From IMG/VR virus record IMGVR_UViG_3300032246_002540, positions 1 to 54,327 of that record: a stretch of 54,327 bases of DNA, one strand, 5' to 3'. A model generated the notes under the pieces. It was not told where the DNA came from. It made no database searches and was given only the letters and a program-made list of their open reading frames with translations. Position numbers and translations under genes: made by a program. The DNA comes from a virus. Taxonomy: Duplodnaviria; Caudoviricetes. This document shows positions 1 to 8,034 of this stretch, piece by piece; position 1 is the first letter of the stretch, and the number at the start of each line of letters is the position of its first letter.

Positions 1-141
1 CTGGATCGCAGCGACTGGATAACCACACAGGGCTTCAATGATTGGAGCATAGCCAACAAATTCGAGAGCAGTCCCATGGGGCATCCTCCTGAAGAGGCTC
101 ACAGACAGTGGCTGGAAGAACATTATAAATATATCAACTAG
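1..141 (+). CDS. 3' end of a gene truncated by the window edge; SGNH/GDSL-like C-terminus
   Basis: Frame 1 reads LDRSDW...MGHPPEEAHRQWLEEHYKYIN* (TAG 139-141); HPxxxxH resembles the SGNH block V, also seen in 42144..42932. Confidence 0.45.
   Translation: MDRSDWITTQGFNDWSIANKFESSPMGHPPEEAHRQWLEEHYKYIN
124..131 (+). promoter_or_regulatory. T4-type late promoter TATAAATA upstream of dps
   Basis: Exact T4 gp55 late promoter consensus, 18 nt before the ATG at 150, with AGGA SD between. Confidence 0.6.
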
Positions 142-149
142 GACATACC

Positions 150-587
150 ATGACAGATCAGATCACAGCAGCCAATCACGCTTTCGCAGACACATTCAAA
201 TTTTATCTGCTGGCACACAACTACCACTGGAATGTAGAAGGGATGTTTTTCGCCAGCCTGCACGAGCTGTTTGGTAACATCTATGAAGAAGTCTTTTCGG
301 CTGTGGATCCACTGGCAGAGCATATCAGAGCAATGGGGGCTTATGCTCCCGGCACGCTCAACCTGGTACAAGAGTACAGCAGTCTACCCGACAGAGACAG
401 CGAACTGCCAGATGCCCAGGGCATGATAGCAGACCTGTTGGCGCAGAATGATATAGTACTTGAGACGCTGCACAAGACAATGATGTATGCGGACGAAGCT
501 GACAATCCCGGATTCAGCAACTTCCTACAAGAGCGTATGGCGCAACACAAGAAACACGCCTGGATGCTCAGAGCCAGCCTAAAATAA
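150..587 (+). CDS. dps: Dps/ferritin-like DNA protection protein
   Basis: HNYHWNVEG, LHELF..IYEE, DPLAEHIRAMG and KHAWML ferroxidase-centre motifs; 145 aa. Confidence 0.92.
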   Translation: MTDQITAANHAFADTFKFYLLAHNYHWNVEGMFFASLHELFGNIYEEVFSAVDPLAEHIRAMGAYAPGTLNLVQEYSSLPDRDSELPDAQGMIADLLAQNDIVLETLHKTMMYADEADNPGFSNFLQERMAQHKKHAWMLRASLK

Positions 588-590
588 TTA

Positions 591-618
591 TTGACATATC
601 CGTATAATCATATATACT
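591..618 (+). promoter_or_regulatory. sigma70-type promoter for the tRNA pair
   Basis: TTGACA (591-596), 16 nt spacer, TATACT (613-618), just upstream of tRNA-Val. Confidence 0.6.
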
Positions 619-629
619 GATGAAACTTA

Positions 630-705
630 GGGTGATTAGCTCAGTTGGTAGAGCCCTGCTTTTACACAGCAGTTGTCGGCGGTTCGAGTCCGTCATTACC
701 CACCA
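630..705 (+). tRNA. tRNA-Val(TAC)
   Basis: Acceptor GGGTGAT/ATTACCC, D-arm AGCTCAGTTGGTAGAGC, anticodon arm CTGCT-TTTACAC-AGCAG, GGTTCGAGTCC T-loop, encoded CCA. Confidence 0.96.
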
Positions 706-707
706 AT

Positions 708-799
708 GGTGAGGTGCCTGAGTGGCCGAAAGGGGCGCACTGCTAATGCGTTGTAGGTGGCGACACCTACCCAGGGTTCGAATCCCTGTCTCACCGCCA
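708..799 (+). tRNA. tRNA-Ser(GCT)
   Basis: Acceptor GGTGAGG/TCTCACC, anticodon arm GCGCA-CTGCTAA-TGCGT, long variable arm GTAGGTG-GCGA-CACCTAC, GGTTCGAATCC, G discriminator + CCA. Confidence 0.96.
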
Positions 800-819
800 A
801 TTTTTTTTAGGGTCGATCA

Positions 820-1293
820 ATGAAAATTCTCATAATGGGATTGCCCGGAAGTGGTAAAACTACCTTGGCTCGCGCACTGGCACCCAAGTTAAAAGCTGTA
901 CACTGGAACGCTGATGCGGTGCGAGCCAATCTCAATACTCATTTAGGATTTAGCGAAGCAGACCGCATCGAACAAGCTCGCAGGATGGGCTGGCTTTGTG
1001 ATCGTGTCACTGAAGCTGGTCAGATAGCAATCGCTGAATTTGTATGCCCAACACCTGCTACACGTGCAGCATTCGGCAAGGCTGATTGTACCATCTGGAT
1101 GGATACTATCAACAAAGGTAGATACGAAGATACCAACAAGATGTTTGTTGCCCCTGAAATCTCAGGCGGTGATTATCGAGTAGACACACAGGACGCAGAG
1201 TTTTGGAGCAAGGTTATCTATGAAGACCTAGATTATCGCCTGCGCCCTTCTTGGGTCAAAGCACTATGGTTGGGTTTCAGGAGCGAACATTGA
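820..1293 (+). CDS. adenylylsulfate (APS) kinase-like P-loop kinase
   Basis: GLPGSGKTTLA Walker A, NADAVR, LGFSEADRIEQARR, FVCPT..TR pattern of CysC-family kinases. Confidence 0.8.
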   Translation: MKILIMGLPGSGKTTLARALAPKLKAVHWNADAVRANLNTHLGFSEADRIEQARRMGWLCDRVTEAGQIAIAEFVCPTPATRAAFGKADCTIWMDTINKGRYEDTNKMFVAPEISGGDYRVDTQDAEFWSKVIYEDLDYRLRPSWVKALWLGFRSEH

Positions 1294-1652
1294 CATACGT
1301 TTGGGACAATAAAGCACCAACAGTGCAGATGCTGGGTCGTTGGCAACCCTGGCACGACGGGCATCAGGCACTGTTCGAACGCCTGTTGGCTAAGACCGGA
1401 CAAGTGTGCATAATGATACGTGATACCAGCGGCACAGAAGGCAATCCTTTCAATGCGGAACACGTGCAAGGACTCATTCACAATGCTCTGTCAGAGAAAT
1501 ATGATGGAAGATATAAGATCTTGATAGTGCCTAACATTGTACACATCGGATGGGGTAGAGGAGTAGGATACACTGCTGGGGAGGAGACTTTCGACGAGAG
1601 CATCACTAGCATCAGTGCAACCAATATCCGTAAACAGATGGGTATCACGTGA
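1290..1652 (+). CDS. HxGH-family nucleotidyltransferase (cytidylyltransferase-like)
   Basis: GRWQPWHDGH, NPF and SISATNIR motifs; likely TTG start at 1290 after AGGAG, overlapping the kinase stop. Confidence 0.75.
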   Translation: MTYVWDNKAPTVQMLGRWQPWHDGHQALFERLLAKTGQVCIMIRDTSGTEGNPFNAEHVQGLIHNALSEKYDGRYKILIVPNIVHIGWGRGVGYTAGEETFDESITSISATNIRKQMGIT

Positions 1653-2269
1653 TAGACTATGTGATCTGGTGTCCCATAAGATGTGGAAGCATACTTGCGA
1701 GTAAAATATTACTGGCAGCGTTGTATGATCACCAGCACCATTTATTATACCATAATCACGAAAATACAACATATGAAGGTGACGCCAAGCTGGTTCATAG
1801 CCACAGTCCTGAATTTTTCATTAACAGCAGCGTTAAAATCAAAAAGATAGCTTTAACTAGAAACATATTTGACAGCGCAGTCAGTCAAGAAATCATGCTG
1901 CAAACTGGCATAGGCAATCTGGTAAATGATCAACAAGTTGAGGAATACCGTAACACATTTGCTGATAGCAAATTAACAGTGGATACTCAACGTTTTGTAA
2001 ACAGGCTGCATCAGATAGATGATAAATTCTCCCAGGTGTTTGATAGCACCGCATCATATGTAAGCATCAGTTATGAACAAATCAAAGATAACCCGTTGAA
2101 TGTCTTAAAATTGATAGGCGTAAACAAAAAACTAATCAATATTAAAAATGTTACAAAACCTATAACTAGTCGCAAGATTCCATTGGAAAAGTCACATATT
2201 GTCAGCAATTACACTGAATTACAGATGATATATGCTAATACCCGTCTTAAAAACAAGAGTTTAATATGA
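1649..2269 (+). CDS. putative sulfotransferase (Stf0-like P-loop fold)
   Basis: PIRCGS (5'-PSB-like), LTRNIFDSAVS (3'-PB-like) and ISYEQI; GTG start overlapping the upstream stop. Confidence 0.55.
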   Translation: MIDYVIWCPIRCGSILASKILLAALYDHQHHLLYHNHENTTYEGDAKLVHSHSPEFFINSSVKIKKIALTRNIFDSAVSQEIMLQTGIGNLVNDQQVEEYRNTFADSKLTVDTQRFVNRLHQIDDKFSQVFDSTASYVSISYEQIKDNPLNVLKLIGVNKKLINIKNVTKPITSRKIPLEKSHIVSNYTELQMIYANTRLKNKSLI

Positions 2270-2742
2270 AGAAGATTTATAAGAGTTGGCAAGAGGTAGA
2301 TGCTGATTGTATGCAGTTAGCATTGAATATTTTCAAGACAGACTGGCGTCCAGATTACATCGTGGGACTCACACGTGGTGGGTTAACCCCTGCTGTGCTG
2401 CTGAGCCATAAGTTGGCTGTGCCTATGCACACATTGAAGGTGCAACTTCGTGATGATGAACAAGATTGCGAGATGAACTGCTGGATGCCTGAGGATGTTG
2501 TGGACGGTAAGAACATCCTGATCGTAGACGACATCAACGACACAGGTGAGACACTAGCCTGGATCAGATCAGACTGGAGCAAGAGCGTGTTCCAGGGTGA
2601 TATTGCTTATCACTGGCACAAACGCATCAAGATAGCAGTGTTGGTAAATAACCTGGCCAGCAAAGAGTCAGTGGACTTCCATATCGATGAAGTCAACAAA
2701 GCCGAAGATCCTTGCTGGATCGTGTTTCCCTGGGAAAAATAA
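2266..2742 (+). CDS. type I phosphoribosyltransferase (xanthine/guanine PRT-like)
   Basis: IVGLTRGGLTPA, PRPP-binding ILIVDDINDTGET, C-terminal WIVFPWE. Confidence 0.9.
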   Translation: MKKIYKSWQEVDADCMQLALNIFKTDWRPDYIVGLTRGGLTPAVLLSHKLAVPMHTLKVQLRDDEQDCEMNCWMPEDVVDGKNILIVDDINDTGETLAWIRSDWSKSVFQGDIAYHWHKRIKIAVLVNNLASKESVDFHIDEVNKAEDPCWIVFPWEK

Positions 2743-3122
2743 TGAAACTTTTGTTTTTGGCCGAAAATCCGGAAAAGATAGCAGACAATATTCGCAATAG
2801 CACAGATGCGAAAGTCATTAGCGAACAAGACGTGATAAACGATACATTTTGGCGAGACAAAAAAGAAAGTCCCTTGTACAGCGAGTGGCTTGTTGAAAGG
2901 GTCAAGGGTCTCAGCCAAGTTTATACCTATAAACGACCTGTAGTGTTTGTGCTGGATCAGAAACACCAGACAGCAGTGGCGAAAATACCTCACGATGCCA
3001 GCATAAGAGTGCATACCGATGCTCAGCCCAAACGCCTGAGCCAAGCAGTCAGTTATGATTCCGATCTGGAGATAACTGAAGACCAGATCAACCCAGATTT
3101 TTATCAACAATTTTTTAGTTGA
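2742..3122 (+). CDS. hypothetical protein
   Basis: ATG overlaps the PRT stop (TAATG); no recognisable motif. Confidence 0.6.
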   Translation: MKLLFLAENPEKIADNIRNSTDAKVISEQDVINDTFWRDKKESPLYSEWLVERVKGLSQVYTYKRPVVFVLDQKHQTAVAKIPHDASIRVHTDAQPKRLSQAVSYDSDLEITEDQINPDFYQQFFS

Positions 3123-3146
3123 CATTCCTGTGTAAACTGCTATCAT
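3119..3146 (+). promoter_or_regulatory. sigma70-type promoter for tRNA-Arg
   Basis: TTGACA (3119-3124), 16 nt spacer, TATCAT (3141-3146), 8 nt before the tRNA. Confidence 0.6.
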
Positions 3147-3154
3147 ACAAATAA

Positions 3155-3231
3155 GGCCCCTTAGCTCAGCAGGATAGAGCAACAGCCTTCTAAGCTGTGG
3201 GTCGGACGTTCGAGTCGTCCAGGGGTCGCCA
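3155..3231 (+). tRNA. tRNA-Arg(TCT)
   Basis: Acceptor GGCCCCT/AGGGGTC, anticodon arm ACAGC-CTTCTAA-GCTGT, GTTCGAGTC T-loop, encoded CCA. Confidence 0.95.
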
Positions 3232-3253
3232 ACTACCACAGAAAGGTAATACA

Positions 3254-3448
3254 ATGGCTAATATCGCAGACAAACTGACCAAAGTGAATGAATCGTATAC
3301 CATCAATATGTACGATAACGGATATATGGTGGAAGTGGGCGGACGTGACGAAGAAGATGATTGGAAGACCGCCAAGATCATCTGCAACACGCTGAAAGAA
3401 GTGATCGACATTGTGCATCAAATTGACGCAATGCCACGCAACGATTAA
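3254..3448 (+). CDS. small hypothetical protein
   Basis: ATG 3254 after AAAGGT SD; MANIADKLTKVNESYTINMYDNGYMVEVGGRD... Confidence 0.75.
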   Translation: MANIADKLTKVNESYTINMYDNGYMVEVGGRDEEDDWKTAKIICNTLKEVIDIVHQIDAMPRND

Positions 3449-3455
3449 ATATCGG

Positions 3456-4073
3456 ATGACAGACATCTGGTACTATCGAGAATTGGATTATCCTCAGATG
3501 CCAGAGCAGTTGATAACCGCTGCTCTGGATCTCCTGCCGGATCTTGAAGTGGAATCTAAAAGTTATGGACATTTGTCCAATATAAACAAGCTACAAAATT
3601 TCAATAAAAATTTCCAGCATATGAGTTTAAAACGTCATATGAATATCGACGGCAAAAAAATTCTACACGCTCCTAATTTAGGTGTAGACTTAAATGCTGA
3701 AACAGAAAATTGGGCCAGAGCAAATATTGCAGAAGAATTTTTGCACATACAGATAAGCTGGACTCCTAAAAATCGCAAGATGAGCGGCGCACACAGCGAT
3801 GCTACCCGTAACTACACTATGTTATATCTGTTGGACACTGGCGGAGACGATGTTATAACCAGTTTTTATCAGGAAAAAAACCAGCCTGTACAGAGACTCA
3901 ATAAAACTTTTGTAGATGATTATGACAATCTTATCAAGCTGGCAGAGATCAAGGTAAAGCCTCGTACCTGGACAATATTGAACAGCACCATATTGCACGG
4001 AGTGGAAAACATACAGCATCCCCGTGTGGCCATACAGATAGGTTTCGATAAATTTAATCAAAAAATAAATTGA
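3456..4073 (+). CDS. putative 2OG-Fe(II) oxygenase/cupin
   Basis: HxD (GAHSD), distal His (ILHGVEN) and Arg (PRVAIQI) in dioxygenase order; ATG 4 nt after TAAATA. Confidence 0.6.
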   Translation: MTDIWYYRELDYPQMPEQLITAALDLLPDLEVESKSYGHLSNINKLQNFNKNFQHMSLKRHMNIDGKKILHAPNLGVDLNAETENWARANIAEEFLHIQISWTPKNRKMSGAHSDATRNYTMLYLLDTGGDDVITSFYQEKNQPVQRLNKTFVDDYDNLIKLAEIKVKPRTWTILNSTILHGVENIQHPRVAIQIGFDKFNQKIN

Positions 4074-4098
4074 CTGCTGTTATTATTTTTGTTATATT
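4070..4098 (+). promoter_or_regulatory. sigma70-type promoter with extended -10
   Basis: TTGACT, 17 nt spacer, TGT-TATATT. Confidence 0.65.
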
Positions 4099-4142
4099 AC
4101 AATGGTACTGTTGAAAAAACAGAGAAAAAGGAAAAAAACAAA

Positions 4143-4427
4143 ATGAAGATGAACAAGACACAGGTAGTCACCAAGCAGGACAAGTTGCTGAATGCTTTCA
4201 AAGCTGGTGAACAGTTGACAGCCGCACAGATCACTCATCGTTTCGGTGTTGCCAATCCACGTGCAACGGTAAGCGCATTGCGTTTCAAGGGTTATGCCAT
4301 CTATGCTAACCTGCACAAGGACAGCAAGGGTCGTGAAACCACCAAGTATCGCATTGGCAATCCACGTCGCGCAGTCGTAGCAGCTGGCTATCGTGCTCTG
4401 GCTGATGCAGGAATCAGCCTGGACTGA
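4143..4427 (+). CDS. winged-helix DNA-binding protein
   Basis: KLLNAF..GEQLTAAQITHRFGVANPRATVSALR..GY HTH pattern; basic; AAGGA upstream of ATG. Confidence 0.65.
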   Translation: MKMNKTQVVTKQDKLLNAFKAGEQLTAAQITHRFGVANPRATVSALRFKGYAIYANLHKDSKGRETTKYRIGNPRRAVVAAGYRALADAGISLD

Positions 4428-4442
4428 TTGTCGTCATAAATA

Positions 4443-4670
4443 ACTGGTCAGCACAGCGATGTGTTGGCCAGTGTAGCTTTTGAACGGCACACAACTAGCA
4501 TATGATAAATGTATTAGGCTAAACACCAAAATTTGGCCAACTAAATTAAGAACTTCACAAATTGAATAACTAGCAAATCATAAAAGAAAACTAAACCTTT
4601 AACTAGCGGAACCCATGAAAAACGGGGTGATTAGACGGAGACACCGGTAAGCAATTACCGGTGTTCTTCT
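4443..4670 (+). ncRNA. candidate late-expressed non-coding RNA
   Basis: TAAATA at 4437-4442; 13-bp stem with GCGA loop (4443-4472); A-rich ORF-free body with five AACTAR motifs; closing 10-bp stem with GCAA loop. Confidence 0.4.
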
Positions 4671-4671
4671 T
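4641..4671 (+). terminator. intrinsic terminator-like hairpin
   Basis: ACACCGGTAA-GCAA-TTACCGGTGT followed by TCTTCTT, between convergent transcription units. Confidence 0.7.
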
Positions 4672-5101
4672 ATTTGGGCTGCCAGCCGTTACAGCAACCA
4701 CGTGCTTCAACTGTTTCATTCAATCGGAAAACATCAGGCATTTTTTCATTTAGTGATTCAAATAAACCGCATTTATTAGGTTTGTTAAACCAACTGCAAT
4801 TTTCGCAACGAACTTTATGTTCCACATAACCAGCTTCCTTGGGAGTGACTGCCTCACGTATTACCTGGTCGTCATAGGGTTTGCCATACACATATAACCC
4901 GCAACTGGCATCAGCAATGACCTTGTCGTTCTTGCCAAATATGCTGCAACGCTGTTTTTCAGGCATGAACATGAAACAACTGCCACATTGAGCAAAGTCT
5001 TTTATGTCAGGATCAGGATCCAGATAAAGGAACGCACTGCGATCTGTTTTGGCAGATTCGGTTTTGCCTTCCATGATGTCTAATAGTCGCTTCATTTCCA
5101 T
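4670..5101 (-). CDS. Cys-rich protein with two HiPIP-like (CxxC...C...C) repeats
   Basis: CGSCFMF..CSIF..CGLY and CENCSWF..CGLF..GCCNGW; N-terminus MKRLLDIME. Confidence 0.55.
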   Translation of the reverse strand: MEMKRLLDIMEGKTESAKTDRSAFLYLDPDPDIKDFAQCGSCFMFMPEKQRCSIFGKNDKVIADASCGLYVYGKPYDDQVIREAVTPKEAGYVEHKVRCENCSWFNKPNKCGLFESLNEKMPDVFRLNETVEARGCCNGWQPK

Positions 5102-5106
5102 GCAAT

Positions 5107-5122
5107 TATTTATCTATAAATA
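5107..5122. promoter_or_regulatory. back-to-back divergent late promoters
   Basis: TATTTA (minus-strand TAAATA, 5107-5112) and TATAAATA (5115-5122) between divergent genes. Confidence 0.65.
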
Positions 5123-5151
5123 GGCTGGGCTAACCCAAAGGATCCTAATCA

Positions 5152-5955
5152 ATGAGAATTATTTTATCACTAATAGCTTTGGCTATAAGCACCTGCTACA
5201 GCCTAGCTGCCGAGCAACGTGCACCACTACCTGCCGCTCAATGCGCCCAACACGTGCCATATGGCCAGCCTGTGGTGACTAAACCTGACGCTGCACTGAT
5301 CTGTCGCCGGGGTTATTTCCTCTATCACGACAATGCTGCTAAAATCCCTGCTTGGGTCGCCTGGAACATCACTCCAGAGCACGTGAACGGTTGTATCGCA
5401 CGTACAGATGCTTTCGCCACTGATCAAAGCATTCCTGGTAAATCAGCTACTCCAGCCGATTATGCTGGTTCAGGTTACGACAAAGGACATCTGGCCAACG
5501 ATGCACACCAGAGCTGGGACCTGGCTGTGGAGAAGGAAAGCTTCTTGATGACCAACATGAGCCCACAACTGCCTGGTCTCAACCGTGGTATCTGGAAGCT
5601 GCTGGAAACTGCAACAGGTGCTTGGACATTCAGTCGTCAGCACACATTGATCATCTATGCTGGTAACATCTATGACACAGCCAGTGCCAAGAAGATAGGC
5701 AATGGTGTAGTGGTGCCAATGGCACTGTACAAGATCGTTATCGACAAGAACACCGGCGAAACACTGGCGTTCCTGTTCCCTCACAAGGAGAACCAGGGCA
5801 ATGATCTCACTGTAGTACAGACCACAGTGGCTGATATCGAATCACAATCAGGTATCACTTTCCCAGTACCTGGCGATAAGAAAACAAAAATAGCACTATG
5901 GCCCATAGATTTCAAAGCAGTAGCTGACAATAAAAAAGCCATCTGCAAAGGATAA
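5152..5955 (+). CDS. exported DNA/RNA non-specific endonuclease (NucA/Serratia family)
   Basis: Signal peptide; DYAGSGYDKGHLA, ESFLMTNMSPQLPGLNRGIWKLLE, VVVPMALYKIV. Confidence 0.92.
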   Translation: MRIILSLIALAISTCYSLAAEQRAPLPAAQCAQHVPYGQPVVTKPDAALICRRGYFLYHDNAAKIPAWVAWNITPEHVNGCIARTDAFATDQSIPGKSATPADYAGSGYDKGHLANDAHQSWDLAVEKESFLMTNMSPQLPGLNRGIWKLLETATGAWTFSRQHTLIIYAGNIYDTASAKKIGNGVVVPMALYKIVIDKNTGETLAFLFPHKENQGNDLTVVQTTVADIESQSGITFPVPGDKKTKIALWPIDFKAVADNKKAICKG

Positions 5956-5958
5956 TAG

Positions 5959-5986
5959 TTGACTCTGACTACAGCTCGTGTATAAT
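5959..5986 (+). promoter_or_regulatory. sigma70-type promoter
   Basis: TTGACT, 16 nt spacer, TATAAT; AGGAG SD and ATG 6013 follow. Confidence 0.65.
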
Positions 5987-6012
5987 GGGCTGTAGTTAAT
6001 TCAGGAGTTGTA

Positions 6013-6279
6013 ATGAAACGTTTACTTGCGCTGGCGATCATCAGTGTGTTGGGTTTGGCAAGTTTGCCAGCAATGGCTAAAGAAACTAACCCAGCAGTAC
6101 TAGCAGATTATCACAAACACAAACAAAAAAACAACAAGAAAACAACCAAGCATCAGAAGAAAAAAGCAAACAAAGTCGAGCGTGTACCCATGGCGAAATT
6201 ACGCAACTGCGAAATGAAACGAAAATGGGTACCCCCTCAGCGTATCAAAGAAGTAAAAATCTGTGAGGTAACACCATGA
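6013..6279 (+). CDS. exported Lys-rich hypothetical protein
   Basis: Signal peptide ending in AMA; basic tract; two Cys. Confidence 0.65.
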   Translation: MKRLLALAIISVLGLASLPAMAKETNPAVLADYHKHKQKNNKKTTKHQKKKANKVERVPMAKLRNCEMKRKWVPPQRIKEVKICEVTP

Positions 6280-6500
6280 AATATGTAATTTTAGCACTTG
6301 TAGCCAGTACGCTGGCAGGCTGTGTCAGCGTGTCAGATCGCCGGGACACAGTGGGATATTATCAGCCTAGCCCTGAATATACCAGGGTTTATGTGGCTCC
6401 CAGGCCCCATCCTGCTGCCCAGAAAGTATGCGTCTGGGAAGATTATTACAATCATCGGATTAGACGTTGGGTGCGTGAAGAACGCTGCCATTGGCGCTAA
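6276..6500 (+). CDS. small lipoprotein
   Basis: MKYVILALVASTLAGC lipobox. Confidence 0.7.
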   Translation: MKYVILALVASTLAGCVSVSDRRDTVGYYQPSPEYTRVYVAPRPHPAAQKVCVWEDYYNHRIRRWVREERCHWR

Positions 6501-6503
6501 TTT

Positions 6504-6526
6504 AAGGGGCTCTTGCCCCTTTTTTT
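6504..6526 (+). terminator. intrinsic terminator
   Basis: AAGGGGC-TCTT-GCCCCTT followed by a T run. Confidence 0.85.
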
Positions 6527-6557
6527 ATGCTTGACAAGACAATAAAAGGAGTGTAAT

Positions 6558-6749
6558 ATGAATAAACTGGACCATTTGGCAATGAAGCACAAGCTATTGG
6601 ATGACCAAATTGATGAACTGGAACAGAAATCCCAGCACCCATTGCCTCAAGAAATAAAGATGATAGCTGATCTCAAGAAAGAACGATTGAAAGTTAGAGA
6701 TATGATGGAACAGGTGAGAAAACAATTAGAGGCAATGGATGGACAGTAG
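6558..6749 (+). CDS. DUF465/YdcH-like coiled-coil protein
   Basis: KHKLLDDQIDELE...IADLKKERLKVRD pattern; TTGACA at 6531 and AAGGAG SD upstream. Confidence 0.7.
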   Translation: MNKLDHLAMKHKLLDDQIDELEQKSQHPLPQEIKMIADLKKERLKVRDMMEQVRKQLEAMDGQ

Positions 6750-6996
6750 GGTATTACGTCGCTTTTTGCGACACTTGGCTGTAGTGATAGCCTGGGCTGT
6801 GCTGAGCATAGGCAGCATAGCCGGTATCATGTTTGTCAGCGTCAACGTCACAGGCGATCTGCGTCTGGTTCCCATCATCGTGGGCATCCTGTTTATGGCT
6901 ATCTTAGGTTGCTACATCCTGTGGCATTATAGCCATCAAGAAGTACGGCACGAAGATCTACACAACGCAGAACGCGACAAGCGGATTAGGAAATAA
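6739..6996 (+). CDS. two-TM membrane protein
   Basis: Two hydrophobic segments with basic flanks. Confidence 0.65.
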   Translation: MDSRVLRRFLRHLAVVIAWAVLSIGSIAGIMFVSVNVTGDLRLVPIIVGILFMAILGCYILWHYSHQEVRHEDLHNAERDKRIRK

Positions 6997-7010
6997 CGAA
7001 AGGCAATCAT

Positions 7011-7421
7011 ATGACAATGCATCTGGTAGGTCCTTATCTGACCACGACCAAATACAACAGCAAGAGCAAGAAGTCAAAAAGTGCTCGTGCTGTTGCAGCC
7101 GCAGCTAAACACGATGAGTGGTTGCGAGCACGCGGATTGCATCCCGAGCAACGCAACCTGCAACGAGCTTTCCGAGGCAAATATCAGAATGACATACCAG
7201 ATTATACTGTCAATCGTCATAGTGCTGAACTTAGCAATGGCATTGGCAACGGTTTTAAGAAAGGTATAATGGCCAATCTGCACAAGGAATCGCCTGAAGT
7301 GCAACAAGCTATTATGGACAAAGCATCACGCTGTCTGCCCCTGTACAACAAGGGCGGCTATCAATACGCAACGCCAGATACCGACATGACAATGACCGGT
7401 AGCAAAAGCCGCAGAGGATAA
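7011..7421 (+). CDS. hypothetical phage protein
   Basis: AAAGG SD; MTMHLVGP...[10 protein letters not shown] pattern that I associate with large T4-like phages. Confidence 0.65.
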   Translation: MTMHLVGPYLTTTKYNSKSKKSKSARAVAAAAKHDEWLRARGLHPEQRNLQRAFRGKYQNDIPDYTVNRHSAELSNGIGNGFKKGIMANLHKESPEVQQAIMDKASRCLPLYNKGGYQYATPDTDMTMTGSKSRRG

Positions 7422-7425
7422 TAAA

Positions 7426-8034
7426 ATGCCGCATCTAGTTCCAATGGTAGTAGAAACTACTACTAAAGGCGAACGTGCCTTTGATATCTATAGCCGCCTG
7501 CTCAAAGAGCGAGTGGTAATGCTGGACACTGCTGTGGAAGATCACAGCGCAAGTCTGATCGTGGCACAGCTCTTGTATCTGGAGAGCGAAAATCCCGAAA
7601 AGGACATCTATTTCTACATCAACAGCCCAGGTGGTGTCATCACTGCCGGAATGAGTATCTATGATACTATGCAGTTCATCCGTCCAGACGTCAGCACAAT
7701 CGTGATGGGGCAGGCGTGCAGTATGGGATCGTTCCTGGCACAAGCAGGTGCACCTGGCAAGAGGTTGATGCTACCACACGCCAGACATATGATCCATCAA
7801 CCCAGCGGCGGCACACGTGGTATGCAGAGCGACATCGAGATCCAATACCAAGAGATAACCAAGATGAAGACAATGTTGACAGAACTTTATGTGCAGCACA
7901 ACACTGCGGGCAAGACCTACGCAGATTTCGAACGTGATATGGATCGCGACACGTTTATGAGTGCTAGTGAAGCTTTAGCATATGGACTGGTTGATCGTAT
8001 CATCAGCAAGCGCGAGATCACTCCTGACCGATGA
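7426..8034 (+). CDS. clpP: ATP-dependent Clp protease proteolytic subunit
   Basis: [17 protein letters not shown], catalytic ACSMG (Ser), MIHQP (His), DRD (Asp). Confidence 0.97.
   Translation: MPHLVPMVVETTTKGERAFDIYSRLLKERVVMLDTAVEDHSASLIVAQLLYLESENPEKDIYFYINSPGGVITAGMSIYDTMQFIRPDVSTIVMGQACSMGSFLAQAGAPGKRLMLPHARHMIHQPSGGTRGMQSDIEIQYQEITKMKTMLTELYVQHNTAGKTYADFERDMDRDTFMSASEALAYGLVDRIISKREITPDR

Noticed and set aside
1251-1293. Programmed frameshift fusing the kinase and the HxGH transferase
   Set aside because: No clear slippery site; a TTG start with AGGAG overlapping the stop explains independent translation.
3197-3253. ORF-track start of the 83-aa ORF
   Set aside because: It overlaps tRNA-Arg; the ATG at 3254 has an SD and is the better start.
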